From Mobula hypostoma (Eukaryota), in assembly GCF_963921235.1 (NCBI RefSeq), contig NC_086097.1:59212001-59276000 (forward strand): a stretch of 64,000 nucleotides of DNA. Direction: 5' to 3'. Under the pieces are notes generated by a model that saw only the letters and a program-made list of their open reading frames with translations, searched no databases and was not told the origin of the DNA. Both the position numbers and the translations under genes were made by a program. This document shows, piece after piece, positions 1-12,583 of the stretch. Every line of letters begins with the position of its first letter. Position 1 is the stretch's first letter.

Positions 1-1890
1 CAAAGCAGCAACTCTCAGACACCTCCTCTTACTTACCCCTTGAAAAGGAACTCACTCAGGACCATCAGGCCACTGTCCCCTGCATTATCACCAACCTCGT
101 CAACTTTGGGGAGCTCCCATCCTCTGTCACCAACCTCATAATTCCCTTATCTCATAATGCTCGTTTTTACCTTCTACCCAAGATCCTCAAACCTGACTGT
201 CCAGGTAGCTGGTCCTGCCTCAGTGAACTTATGTCCACATACCTTTACTCTACTTTATCTCCCTTGTTTCCGTTCTTTCCCACTTACGTCCGTGACAATT
301 CACATGCTCCCGCTGTGCAAAACCTTTTGAATCCTTGACCCTGATCAACTCATTTTCACCATGGATGCCCAATCCCTATATATTTCTATCCTTTACCAAG
401 AAGGCCTTAAAGATCTCTGGTTCCTTCATGACAACAGACCTGATTAGTTCCCCTCTATAACTACTGTCTAGCAGAACCAGTCCTTACACTCAACAATTTC
501 TCTTTCAATTCCTCCCATTTTCTCCAAACCCAAGGTGTAGCCATGGGTACCTGCATGGACCTCAGATATGTCTGCCTTTTCGTTGGCTATGTGGAACAGT
601 CCATATTCCAAGCCTTCCCTGGTAACACTCTCCAACTCTTTCCATGCTACATCAATGACTGTATGGGTGCTGCTTCATGCAGCAATGCTGAGCTCGTCAA
701 CTTCATCAACTTCACCTCTGACTTCCATCCTGCAGTTGAAATCACTTGGTCCATTTCTGACACCTCTCTCCCTTTTCTCAATCTTTCTGTCTCCATCCTA
801 GGGGACAAACTGTCTACCAAAATCTTTTGTAACCCTACTAACTATCACTGCTATCTTTACTGTGCTTCTTCCTATCCTGATACTTGTAAAAAATGACATT
901 CCCTTTTCTCATTTCCTTCATCTCCACTGATCTGTTCCCAAAATGTGACTTTCCTTTCTGGAACATCAGAGATGCCCTTGTTCAAAGAATTGGATTTCTC
1001 TTCCTCCACCATTGATGCTGTCCTCATCCGCATCTCATATCTCTCCCTGGCATTAGCCCTGTAAGCAGAACATTTGCTACACTTGTCCACTCACCTCCTC
1101 CCTCACCTCCATTCAGGGCCCCAAACAATCCTTCCAGATGATGCCACATTTCATCTGTGAAACTGTTGGGGTTCTCTATTATATCCAATGTTCCCGACGC
1201 AGCCTCTTCTCCATTGGTGAGGCTCAAAGTAGATTGGGGGACTGCATTGTCGAGTACCTTTGCTCCATCCACAAAAGCAAGATTTCTTGGTGGTCAGCCA
1301 TTTTAATTCCAATCCCTACTCCCTTTCTGACATGTCAATTGATGGCCTCCTCTACTACCACAATGAGACCACTCTCATATGGAGGAGCAACACCTCATAT
1401 TCCATCTGGGTAGCCTCCAATCTAATGACATGAACATCAAATTCTCTAACTTCCAGGAATTTGTCCCATCCCCCTTCCCTCTTCTTTAGTTCTCTGCTCT
1501 GGCTGTTAGCTCATCTCTTCTCCTCATCTGCCTAACCTCTTCCTCTGATATCCCTCCTCCTTCCCTTTTTCCTGTGGTCAGCTCTCCTCTTCTATCAGAT
1601 TCCTTCCTCTTTAGCCCTTTACCTTTTCCCACGTATTACCTCACAGTTTCTCACTCCATCCCTCTCTACCATCTACCTTGCTTCACTTATCACCTTCTAA
1701 TGTATTTCTTCCTTTCCCTCATCTCCTTATTCTGGCTTCTTCTCCTTTTCCTTTAAGTTCTGATGAAGGATCTCAGCCCGAAATGTCGACCGTTTATTCT
1801 CCTCCAGAGATGCTGGCGGATTCGCTGAGTTCCTCCAGCATATTGTTTGTGCTACTCTGGATTTCCAGCATCTGCAGGATCTCTTGTGTT
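1..1890 (+). mobile_element. Penelope-like retroelement (PLE), decayed: RT, GIY-YIG endonuclease, C/T-rich 3' region and pLTR end
   Basis: FYLLPKILKP near 165; GVAMGT and CYINDC (YIDD-like) and LPFLNL in ORF 543-896; HFICETVGVLYYIQC..SIGEAQSRLGDCIVEY (GIY-YIG) in ORF 1138-1413; ends in the hammerhead-bearing segment and ...ccagcatctgcaggatctcttgtgt. Frameshifted. Confidence 0.88.
1756..1792 (+). ncRNA. Minimal type I hammerhead ribozyme motif (slightly degenerate) in PLE pLTR
   Basis: CTGATGA at 1760-1766, AGGATCTCAGCCC stem II region, GAAATGTC at 1780-1787, then GAC. Confidence 0.7.
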
Positions 1891-3964
1891 TATCTTTTCC
1901 TTCTAATGTACTTATTTCCCATCCTGTAAAATCTCTTCCAACAGTGCCCACTGCTAGAATCAGAAGCACACCAACCATCGCTTTAAGAGTCTCTTGTCTA
2001 CAGATTTCTTCTTGTTTAAGGGCAGCCAAGAGAAAAACTAAACCACCTATTTTAATGAGGATATCAGCTGGGCATTGTTAAAAGATGGTTGTAGGCCTCA
2101 TTGATATTTAAAATTTGAAGTCCACTAATATTCTCAACACGATTGGCTTGTGAAGATATATCACTTTCAACAGACTCACTACATGTTGACCTATACTTCC
2201 AGAAATTACATTGGTCCTGCTTTGATGAAAAAAGCCTTAGGGAAGTGAACAGCTGTCAAATATTTCTTCCTTAACATACAGATGGTACGTCTACTACACC
2301 AGAAATTTCTTTGCAAAAGACATGAATTTTGTATGTGTGGTCATTTTAATCATATTAGTGTCAGGAAACTGTCTGCTTTCAGTACTACAGCTTTAAATTA
2401 TATTTGAGGGATATTGCTTACACAGAGGAGATACATTTAATATATGGGTTCACTGTCAGGGAATATCTATGCTTGGGGCCTTTGTGAAATGCTGTCTTAG
2501 AACATTTAAGCTTCTGGAAAAATTCAAACTTGTTTTCAGGAAATGAAATAAAGATCTCCTGATACAGCTGCTAGGCTCTGAAATAAAATTGGTCTGAGTG
2601 TCTAAGTTCCCAGCAAAAAGTCTACATTGTGCTTTATTCAAGACTGACTTTGCAATCTCAGTCAGAAAAGCCAATGTTGTGAAACTGGAGGAGGTTCCTT
2701 ATGCAGTAATAAACATTATTCAGTATTTGAGCTAAAGGAAACCCAAAATTCAAAGAAGTTCATCTAAATATTACCAGAAAATATATGCTAATATTTCATC
2801 AGTTAAAAACATATCAGAAATGAAAATAACTGGCATAAAAGGTGGAACAAGAACAATTAATGAGTTTCAGAAATAATTCATTACCTCCTTATTAATTAAT
2901 AGGATTAAAACTAAACTATTCATGAATAAAATAATTTTTGAAAAGAAAGAACAGTAACTTAGAATTCTCACTGCCTGTAGGCTGTTGATTCTGTGCCAAT
3001 TAGAATTTTGACAATTAAAGACTGATAGTTTATTCTTAACTTGGACCTTTGAGGAATGTAGAACAAGACCTGACCAATGCATGACATCATGTTCTGCCCT
3101 AACCATAAGACTAATCATGCCCAGACTGAATGGTGAAATAGAGTTGAGGGGGCACCACTATATCTAGACACAATATTGTTGAGTAATGCTCTAAAACTGC
3201 AGAATATAAGTGAATTAAATGATAAGGTCCTCCATTGCTTGCAATTGTTAAAGTGAATTTTAGTTTAACTCCAGCTGTGGGAGATAGGAAAGGTTAGGAG
3301 GTTAGGATATTCTGAATTTCAAGGAAAACAAACAGAAGACACGCAGAGACCTCATTAACTTTAATAGTTGAAGTCAAATGATGAAGTCTGCAACAGGGCT
3401 GAATTTTAACAGTGAGTGGTGGCAGTTAGAACCATTGCATGATTCAAGCCGACAGGTTAAAGGCTGCAAATACCAAAATGTCAAGTGGAGTACTGAAGAT
3501 CCTCTCCTTTTAATGGAGAGTGAACCTGGAGGATTAAGGGGCTTGTGGGCCTCAGCAGGACACCTAGTCTTTTCTTAGTCCAGGTCAACGACCTGAATTT
3601 ATTTCCATTCACAGTCCCCTCTCTGCAGCTTAATTGTTCGCTCCGTCTCTTCCAATGTATCTGCTCTTTTCCTGTGTGCTCATTCCTACCTGTAGTGACC
3701 GTCAGAAGGGTAGCAGAAGTCATAGAGCCATACAGCATTTGACCCATTTAGTCTATGTCGATCATTTACACTAATCCATAGTGACCCTGATTCAAGGGAT
3801 TTCTGGAGCATCACTATGGGCTGGACTGTGACCAGTGCCCGGTGACCTTGATGCCTCTTCATGTATTGGCAAAGTGTTGGGGCCCTCTGGCAGCTAAAGA
3901 CTTAGTGGCTAAGACTATATGAGCAGCGCTGCTAATTGTTCATTGCTGAGAATGATTACTATAA

Positions 3965-4762
3965 ATTTCAATAGGTACATTTAATGTCAGAGAAGTGTAT
4001 ACAATATACATACTGAAATTCTTTTTCTTCGCAAACATCCATGAAAACAGAGGAGTGTCCCAAAGAATGGATGACAGTTAAAAGTTAGATCCCCAAAGAC
4101 AACCCCTCCAGCTTCCCCCTCTGATGCACAAGCAGCAGCAAGACAAAGAACCCCCACCCAACCAGCAAAGAAGCATCTGTGCTCCCCACCAAGCACCCAA
4201 GCATGCTGCAAAGCATCAATAGAGACACAGACTTGCAGTACCCCAAAGACTATTCGGTCACCCAGTAATTCAACATACCACAAGCTCTCTCTCTCTCTGA
4301 TTAGGGAAAAAGAGGTGTCCCTGTTTCACAGCAAGAGTGGAGATATAATAAACAACTCGCTGATTTACAATGTTAAAGGTCTGTTGCATCACTTTTTCCG
4401 AGCTCTGAGCCCAGAGAGTTCAGTTCTCTGGTCATACAGCCCACGGCAGCTAACCTGCTGCTCATGATGTTCCTTTTTCTCCCATGACACGTCAGTCACG
4501 GTCACCAGCCTCGAGTCAGCCCATCTCCAGAGCCACAAAAATCCAGCACCCTGAGGGTGCGCGTGTCTTCCAGGCCACGTCCTTGGGATATCAAAAAGCA
4601 GCCGGTCGTGAGGCCCTGAGAATGGGTCCCATTCCCAGAGTGTAACTCCAGGTCAGCATCTTCAAAAGAACCTTAAAAAGGGAAAAGAGAGATATCAAAG
4701 ACAGAAATAGAGCTATTTCTGAAGATACAAGCAAAGGAGTCACCGTTTAGCGGCATCATCAC
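3965..4762 (-). mobile_element. Non-autonomous LINE-derived retroposon with Rex1/L2-like 3' tail
   Basis: Left end resembles the reverse-complemented Rex1 tails elsewhere in the window (e.g. 63640); right end reads gatgatgccgc on the minus strand like a LINE 5' UTR start; no RT coding sequence. Confidence 0.5.
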
Positions 4763-5184
4763 TTTTCATGTAACTTTGAGCTTGATTTAGTTACAGGGAA
4801 TCAAATAAAATCAAAGATTTGCTCTTTTATTTGATGTAGACTAGATTTGTAGCTGTAGTTAGAAGTTGAATTAGAGCTCAAAAGTTAACCAAAATCACTA
4901 GAGTTACTAATTTATTTGATCTTTTAGATAAGAGTTAAATAAAGTCAAACTATCAAATCGGTCCCGCGAGCAGAATGAAAAGAATTCTGATCTCTGTTTT
5001 GACAGACACTTATCATATTCCTGGTCCAAACCTACTCTTGGCATTAAGGCAACATGTGATTGCACCTTCAAGGCACCCTTGTAAAACTGAACTCAGTGGG
5101 TATTATGCAGAAATCACCCCAATGTGTGGTGTCACATCTTTTAAGATTTAAGATGGTATGGTTATTATCGGTCAATTATTACAG

Positions 5185-6580
5185 CTTCAAGGCATCAGGT
5201 AGAATCCTAGACCCAACAACCTTCAAATGCCTCATCAATGTTCTTCCTTCTATTACAAGATCAAAAAGGAGGGACATTTACTCATAATTGCCCACTGTTG
5301 AACTCCATTTGCAACTTCTCAGCAAATAAATCAGTCCATGCGCACATACTTTGAGATCTAGATAACATTCAGGCATGGGATGCAAAGTGGCAACTGATAT
5401 TTGTTCCTACAGCTATCTTGACTAAAACCATCTCCCACCCTGTTTCCTGTACAAATGCCAATACCTTTTCCCAGCTCCATTGTCTCCACCACATCTGTTC
5501 CCAGGATGCAGCTTTCCTTTCCCGGACATCAGAGATGTCCTTCTTCTTAAAAGAACGGGGTTTCCCTTCCTCCGCTATTAATGCTGCCCTCACCCAGATT
5601 TCCTCCATTTTTCAAACATATGCGCTCATCCCATCTTCCCGCCACCTTAACAAGGATAGAGTTCCTCTTGTCCTTACCTACCACCTCATGAGCCTCTGCA
5701 TACCAACGCATTATTTTTCACAACTTGCACCATCTCCAAGTGGATCCTACCATGAAACACATCTTTACCAAACCCCCCACCCTTCACTTTTGGCAGGAGT
5801 CGCTCTCTGCCTGATTCCCTTGTCCATTCGTCCCTCCATACTAATCTCCCTCCTGGCACTTATTCATGCATGTAGTCGAAGTGCAACATCAGCCCATTCA
5901 TTTCCTCCCTCACCTCCATTCAATGCCCCAGACGGTCCTTCCAGGTGAGGCAATACTTCACCTGTGAATCTGCTGTGGTTATGTATTGTGTCGGGTGCTC
6001 TTGACACAGCCTTCTGTACATTAGTGGGACCCGTCGTAACTTGGGGGAATGCCTCGTCGAGAGCCTCCGCTCCATTTGCCAAAAGCGGAATTTCCTGGTG
6101 GCCAAACATTTTAATTCCGATTCCCATTCACCATTTCAGCATTTACGGGGCACAAGTCAGGATTCTCTCCACTTGCACAACTCCAGCTCTCAAATGAATT
6201 ATTATCTGGGACAAGGCAGCCCAATTTATTGGTTCTGAACTAACCACCTTTAATATTTATTCCCTTCTCCACTGTGGCTGTAGTGTGCATTGTCTAAAAA
6301 ATACACAGTCATTAATTGCCTCAGCTACTCTGAAAGGATCCTTGATCCTTGTCTTCCATCTTTAAGAAGGGCAAGGTCACCATGAAGGTAGGAAGGCCTT
6401 CATGGTGATATGTATGTTGCTCCTCCAAATCACATGATACCATGATTTGGAAATATATCACTGAGTCTAAATCTGAGAACTGCTTTTACAATAGCATTGT
6501 GGTCAGTAGAACAACACTGATCCAATTCATCATTATCTTTTCAAGAGTAACAAAGCACTGACAATAAACACTGGCCTGAA
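5185..6580 (+). mobile_element. Old CR1-like LINE RT/3' fragment, split by a PLE insertion at ~5420-6128
   Basis: SGRILDPTTFKCLINVLPSI (PQGSILGP..F.CFINDLPS-like); LINE-like sequence resumes after 6128. Confidence 0.55.
5420..6128 (+). mobile_element. PLE fragment (thumb/linker plus GIY-YIG endonuclease)
   Basis: FSQLHCLHHICSQDAAF..RTSEMSFFLKERGFPSSAI..RVPLVLTYH; LGECLVESLRSICQKRNFLVAKHFNS; homologous to 880-1320. Confidence 0.85.
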
Positions 6581-7009
6581 GATTAGATAGATGCAAAGAT
6601 GACGCTATAGAACAGAAGACAAATATTTAGAGTTCAGTTGGCATACAATTCTGGTCACCACAGTGCATGATACTTGTGAAAGCATGAGAGGATGAGGAGG
6701 ATTTAAAGAATTATAAAATTATGGAATTATTGTGGCACAGACGGTGCTGACACCTGATAGAACAATGTCATCAACTCAATTGCCAAGCTCTTTCTCCATT
6801 TCCTGCTAATTAATCCCTTTCAAGTAAGAGGTGTACAACAGCATTTCTTGTTTTGTTTAGATTCTCAATCAGGTGTTCTTTTAATTCCCCTTTGAAAACA
6901 CTGTTGATTATGTTTCCTCTCTTCTCCTTGGCAGTGAATTGCATTTATTTCTTAAACTCAGAGTAAAGATTTTCCTTATAACCCTCATGTCCTATTTCCA
7001 TTTGTGAGG

Positions 7010-7440
7010 AAGTGCTGATGAGATATATAGCAGTTACAAGGAGAGACTGGCTGGGCAAGGTTGTAAATTTTGAAATGAAGGAAACCTGAAGGGTTTAATT
7101 GTGTGAAATTATAATTTGAAAAGAAAGACTTATTTCCCTCTACAGAAATAGCAGTGATGCGGTGGGGGTTAGGTAGATCTAAATTACTTTTGGAAGAAGT
7201 ATAGAAGCTTGAGGAATAATGGATTCACGCAGGAAGTATAGTGGAGCCAAAAGCTTTCACTACGTTTAAAATGTACCTGATGAGCACTTGAAGAGCAGTA
7301 ATCTATACAGTCAAACATCAAATGCAGGACAGTGTGTCTTAATCACAATGTTCTCTTTTCCCTGGTGGAGAAATAATGGGCTGAATGTCCTTCTGGATAG
7401 AGTCATATGGAAGTCATATGATGTCATAGTTCTATGATTC
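7010..7440 (+). mobile_element. Highly decayed CR1 3' fragment
   Basis: agttacaaggagagactggctgggc (SYKERL..LG) and a CR1-like ttctatgattc tail. Confidence 0.4.
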
Positions 7441-8718
7441 AATGCAATTGTGTTTAAGGGTAAGTGCTTTATCTTTTGTTCACTTCTTTTTTAATAATTA
7501 TGTTATTTTTTAATTGACTGATAAATTTTTAATAGTTTTTGAATATTTTTGACTATTTTTGAAGGTCAAAGTCACTCAAAAATATGCTTTGTATGTGAGT
7601 ATTTGAGAGCTGGATTTAGGCAGCTGTCAGTGTTTCCCAGCTTCTTTTGGGATTGTATTCATTTTTTTACATTGTCCTTTTCCTGATTGTGCAATTCCTC
7701 ACATTTCAACATTAGGCTGGCATGTTAGATTTCTGCGAGTTCATAGAAACAAGCTGCATAGATCACCGAGAATTTCTTGCCACCGGTGATTTCTTTGTTT
7801 TGTATGTCCTACAGGAGACTGTGGAGAGCTCATGCTGACAGGAAATTCTAGGCCAAGGATAACGATTGCGAAATGCTAGGAGTGATTGCTTCCATGAGAA
7901 AAATGGAAATATATTTTATCTAGTTTTAGCTGGAAGTTATATCTCTTGCAACTTATTTACAGCAGATAAGTGAAAAACCTGCTTCATTTGGATTTGTATC
8001 ACAAATTTTACATTATACACTGTAGCAATTTATATTGGTTTCAGAACAACAGCTTGGAGAACAGCAAACCACTTAAATATAGGCAAATACGATTTGTTCA
8101 TCTATGATAATGACTAACATGCTTTCTGAAGTTAATTCAATCTGAACAACTCCTGCAACCATTATTGGAACAACTAGTGAGTATGAGATATTCAAATTAG
8201 AAAGTCAGCCTCAAACACTAAAGGAACTGCCCTGAAAAAAAGGTGAATTCCAGAAATTGGCAAGATCGCACCAACAAAAAAGTACACATAAAATTAAATG
8301 TTAACAGTGAATTTCTATTCTGCATTGGATCACTTTGTTCTGAGTTATTAGCTTAGTTTAATATCTACCAGAAACAGAACATATATTACAACATTTCAAT
8401 GGGTTTAGCCTGGTTCTTGGAGTCCTCGCATTGGCATAATTTGGAATGTCAGATACTTAGAAGTTCTGTTACAGGTATAGTGGGTTATAGACTTCTGGGA
8501 TTACCATTTGTGTCCAAATCTCTGTTCTAAGTTATACTGTTGCTTAAGGCAGACACTTGTATGTGAACTTGAAGGATTCACAGATAAAGCTGGTGCTAGG
8601 AACAAGGAAGGCAACGTGGTCCAAAATTTTCATACTGGCTGAAACAGAGCTATAGAAACTGATCCAGCTGTTATTCTTCAGCCTTGTAGGTGTTGGCACA
8701 TGAAATGTTCATCCGTAT

Positions 8719-9347
8719 ATAACCATATAACAATTACAGCACGGAAACAGGCTATCACAGCCCTTCTAGTCCGTGCCGAACTCTTACTCTCAGCTAGTCC
8801 CACCGACCAGCACATAGCCCATAACCCTCCATTCCTTTCCTGTCCATATAGTTGTCCAATTTAACTTTAAATGACAACATCGAACCTGCCTCAACCACTT
8901 CTGCTGGAAGCTCGTTTCACACAGCTACCACTCTCTGAGTAAAGAAGTTCCCCCTCATGTTACCCCTAAGCTTTTGCCCTTTAACTCTCAACTCATGTCC
9001 TCTTGTTTGAATCTCCCCCACTCTCAATGGAAAAAGCCTATCCATGTCAACTCTATCTATCCCCCTCATAATTTTAAATACCTCTATCAAGTCCCCCCTC
9101 AACCTTCTACGTTCTAAAGAATAAAGACCCAACTTGTTCAACCTTTCTCTGTAACTTAAGTGATGAAACCCAGGTAACATTCCAGTAAATCTTCTCTGTA
9201 CTCTCTCTATTTTGATGATACCTTTCCTATAATTCGGTGACCAAAACTGTACACAATACTCCAAATTTGGCCTTACCAATGCCTTGTACAATTTCAACAT
9301 TACATCCCAACTCCTATACTCAATGCTCTGATTTATAAAGGCCAGCA
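8719..9347 (-). mobile_element. CR1 LINE, 5'-truncated (ORF2 C-terminus plus 3' UTR)
   Basis: ORF 8917-9408: LYKALVRPNLEYCVQFWSP..LSYRERLNKLGLYSLERRRLRGDLIEVFKI..FFTQRVV; tail repeat ataaccatataac. Confidence 0.92.
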
Positions 9348-10869
9348 TATATTTCAATACATCCAGATATATTTCAAATACATTGTGAGTTTTTGCCCTA
9401 ACATTCATTCAAAGAATCCACATAGTTTGGAGAAATATTTTGCCTCAAATCTAACCCTTCAATCTATTGATTTAATCTTTTCCCGTTCTACTAAGAGAAT
9501 AGTATTTTCCTGGCCAATCTATCCTGAGTCATTGCAATTTTGTACATCTGGCCTAATATCTTTCTGAACCAATGTGTAATAGAAACACAAGATGTCTTGT
9601 ATCATTTAGGAATGAATAATAAGCCAAATTCAGTCAAAAGCTAACCAGTGGATGCAGATTTATGCAACTTCAATGACAGCGTTTACCTCCATTGCCACAT
9701 TTTCATTAGAGGAAAGAACGCCCATGTTTACATCCACTGCCCTTCCTTCAATAAGTCTGCCAATTCAGCCACCTTACCTCTAGTGAACGATCGCTTTATA
9801 AGATCCTGCAATGGATGCAAGTTTTTACAGATTAATTTCCTTTGAAATTATTCCTGAAACTCCTGAACTTATGCACAGCTTTTGTGTGCAACTACTTTTT
9901 AATCTAATTATTAATTAGAACAAAAATCAGCCCAATTTTTCAATTCGATACATTGATTTTTCTGTTGAGATCAGTATATAATTCACAAGGATGCACTGTC
10001 AAACATACTTCAATTAGAATCACATATCATCCAGTTTCAATACCACCCATGTTTATACTAACTGAGGCATTGCTCCATTCATTTTCTGACAGATGAAGAG
10101 GATTTCATCAGCCAGATGTACTGAGAGATTTCCAAAACCTCATTGTTGAAGGACATTTTCACAATATCTGGTCACTGATTATACTAATTTCAATGGAGAG
10201 GTACTCAGGAACGTATGTAATCACTGCTCTAAAGGCTCTGCAGCCATCTCACTTATGTCAGTAATTTATTACTTCAAGAGCATAAGCTAGAATTTACAAG
10301 CAGAGTCCAGAGACAGTATAAGAAAGTGCAGATTGTTTATGCAAATATTCAGTTCTACTCCTTTTGAAGTAATGCCAGGAGACTACTTGTTAATTATGAT
10401 GTGACTATGAAGTAAGCAGAATAGGTTTTCATTCTCAAATAAATCATATACTGACAGATTTATGGAGTGTGCACTTTCATGCAGTAAAATGTAAATTGAC
10501 AGATGTTCTCTAAGAAATCAATCTTTCTTGGCAATTGCTCCACATTTTCAGCTTCTGAACAATAACTGTTCCAAGGTGGAAAAGTCCTCCAAAGTTTGTG
10601 TGTGTGTGTATACAAGAGAAAGATCCTGGAGTGCCAACGATGAGCTCTCCTTTGAGGCTAGTACAAAGTGTTCTTGCCATGGTCCAAAATGTGCAATCCA
10701 TGAGGAATGACTTTAACCATGCATGAAAGAAAAAACGGCAAAAAAACATCAGATGCATAATGTAAGAACATGAAATAAAAGGAAATTAAGAAAATTATTG
10801 CAGTTCTTGGACTTCAACACTTTCACCTGAGATACTATTTGTCTCCCTAATTGCTTGCTCCAGCTGCAT

Positions 10870-12130
10870 GTTAAATTTGTGTTCAAGGACTCCCAGTTGC
10901 TCAAACCTCTCAGTCTCATTCTATTTAAAAAAATGCCCTTGTGTATCTATTTTATCTACCAATGTGGATGACTTCACATTTTCCCAGATTATATTCCATC
11001 TGCCATGTCTTTGCTCATTCAGTCAGCCTGTCTATATGCCCCGAAGCTTCTTTGCATCTCTTTCAAAGCCCACACTGCCACCCAGCATGGAAGTGAGCCA
11101 GGGTGAATCATGCCAGGAAATGACAAACAAATATTCAGAGTGACACAAAACAATCCAGAAATAGTCATTATCATATGCAACTCCGGGTAAAGCAAATTGC
11201 CAATTACATGACACCTCAAATAAAAAAACATTTTGCCTTTGAAATTCTGGGTCATTTATGTTTCATTGTGGGACATAGATAACAGGATTGTGAACAGAAA
11301 ATATATCATGTTTGCTTTATTTCACCCTATTTCTAATTCCACTGATTAGTTTAAAAGAAAATGTTGGCACTGATTGAATACATTATAGAGTAATACAACA
11401 TGAAAATATGGTATTTGGACCAACTCTTCCAAACCAACCAGGCTACCCACCAAACTGCTCCCATTTGCCTGCCCTTGTCCCTCTAACCCCCCTCCCATGA
11501 ATAATGTACCTACCTGAATATTTCTTAAATGTAGTGACTGTCCCTTTCTCAACCACTTTTTTTGGGAGCAATTCTATACTTGAACCACCTTTGGTTTCGC
11601 ACATCTCTTTTAAATCTTACACCTCTTTCCTTAAAACGATGTCCTCAGGTTTCAAGTTCTTTTTTGGGAAAAAGACCATGTGCATTCACTCTATCTATGC
11701 TTCTCATGATTTTATACGTACATCTCTACAAATTCATCCCTTCAATGTCCTATATGAAGTCCTGGCTTTCCAATATCTGCCCTTGAGTGCTGGTAGCATT
11801 GTTGTAAATGTTCACAGATTGATTTTTTGCAAGGTGCTTTGATACGTACATGGATAGGAAAGGTTTAGAGGGATATGGTCAAGTGTGGACAAGTGGGACT
11901 GGCTTGGATGGGGTCAGCATGGACCAGTTCGGCTGGAGGTCATTTTTCTATGCCATATAACTCCTTGACTCTATGTCTTTCCTATTACATGGTGACCAGA
12001 ACAGTACATAATACTCCAAGTGCAGAGTCACCAGTACCTTGTACAACTGATTCAATGTTCCAACTCCTGCACTCAGTGCTCTGACCGCCTTATCCATCTG
12101 TGCTGCCACTTCCAATGAACTATTAAAACA
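10870..12130. mobile_element. Cluster of decayed CR1 fragments in both orientations
   Basis: LVTLHLEYYVLFWSP (ORF 11948-12166, -); CR1 3' UTR pieces at ~11380-11720 (-) and ~11810-11975 (+); RT fragment ~10870-11090 (-). Confidence 0.7.
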
Positions 12131-12189
12131 ACATGAAAATAGGCCCTTTATCTTTATCTTCCCCACCTTCTCATCAACTTCCAGTCACA

Positions 12190-12350
12190 AAGGGTAATTT
12201 ACAGGGGTAAATGAACCTACTAATCTGCATGTCATTAGGATGTGATGGAAAAACTGAGCACCCACAGGAAACCCACTACTTCACAGGTAGAACATGCCAA
12301 CTTCACACAGACAACACCCATTCCTCTGGCACTCTGAGGGAGGAACTCTA
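12190..12350 (-). mobile_element. V-SINE/HE1-like SINE fragment
   Basis: Minus strand tctgtgtgaagttggcatgttctacctgtg..gtgggtttcctgtgggtgctcagttt resembles the V-SINE core. Confidence 0.7.
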
Positions 12351-12487
12351 CGCATACCACAAAAAAAAGTAGCTTGGAGAAAAGAATTAAGAGGTATTCT
12401 CCTTAATGGCAACTTCACAGTGTCACAATGTGACATAATGATCTGAAATTACCATTTCTAGTGAAAGTAGTACTGAGTAAAAGGTAA

Positions 12488-12583
12488 ACACGAGGAAATC
12501 TGCAGATGCTGGAACTTCAAGCAACACACATCAAAGTTGCTGCCTGGCCTGCTGCGTTCACCGACAACTTTGATGTGTGTTGC
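12488..12583 (-). mobile_element. Short PLE-pLTR-derived fold-back insertion
   Basis: 15-bp TSD ctgagtaaaaggtaa (12473-12487 / 12584-12598); perfect 19-bp inverted repeat 12521-12539 / 12565-12583; homologous to PLE 3' end. Confidence 0.88.
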
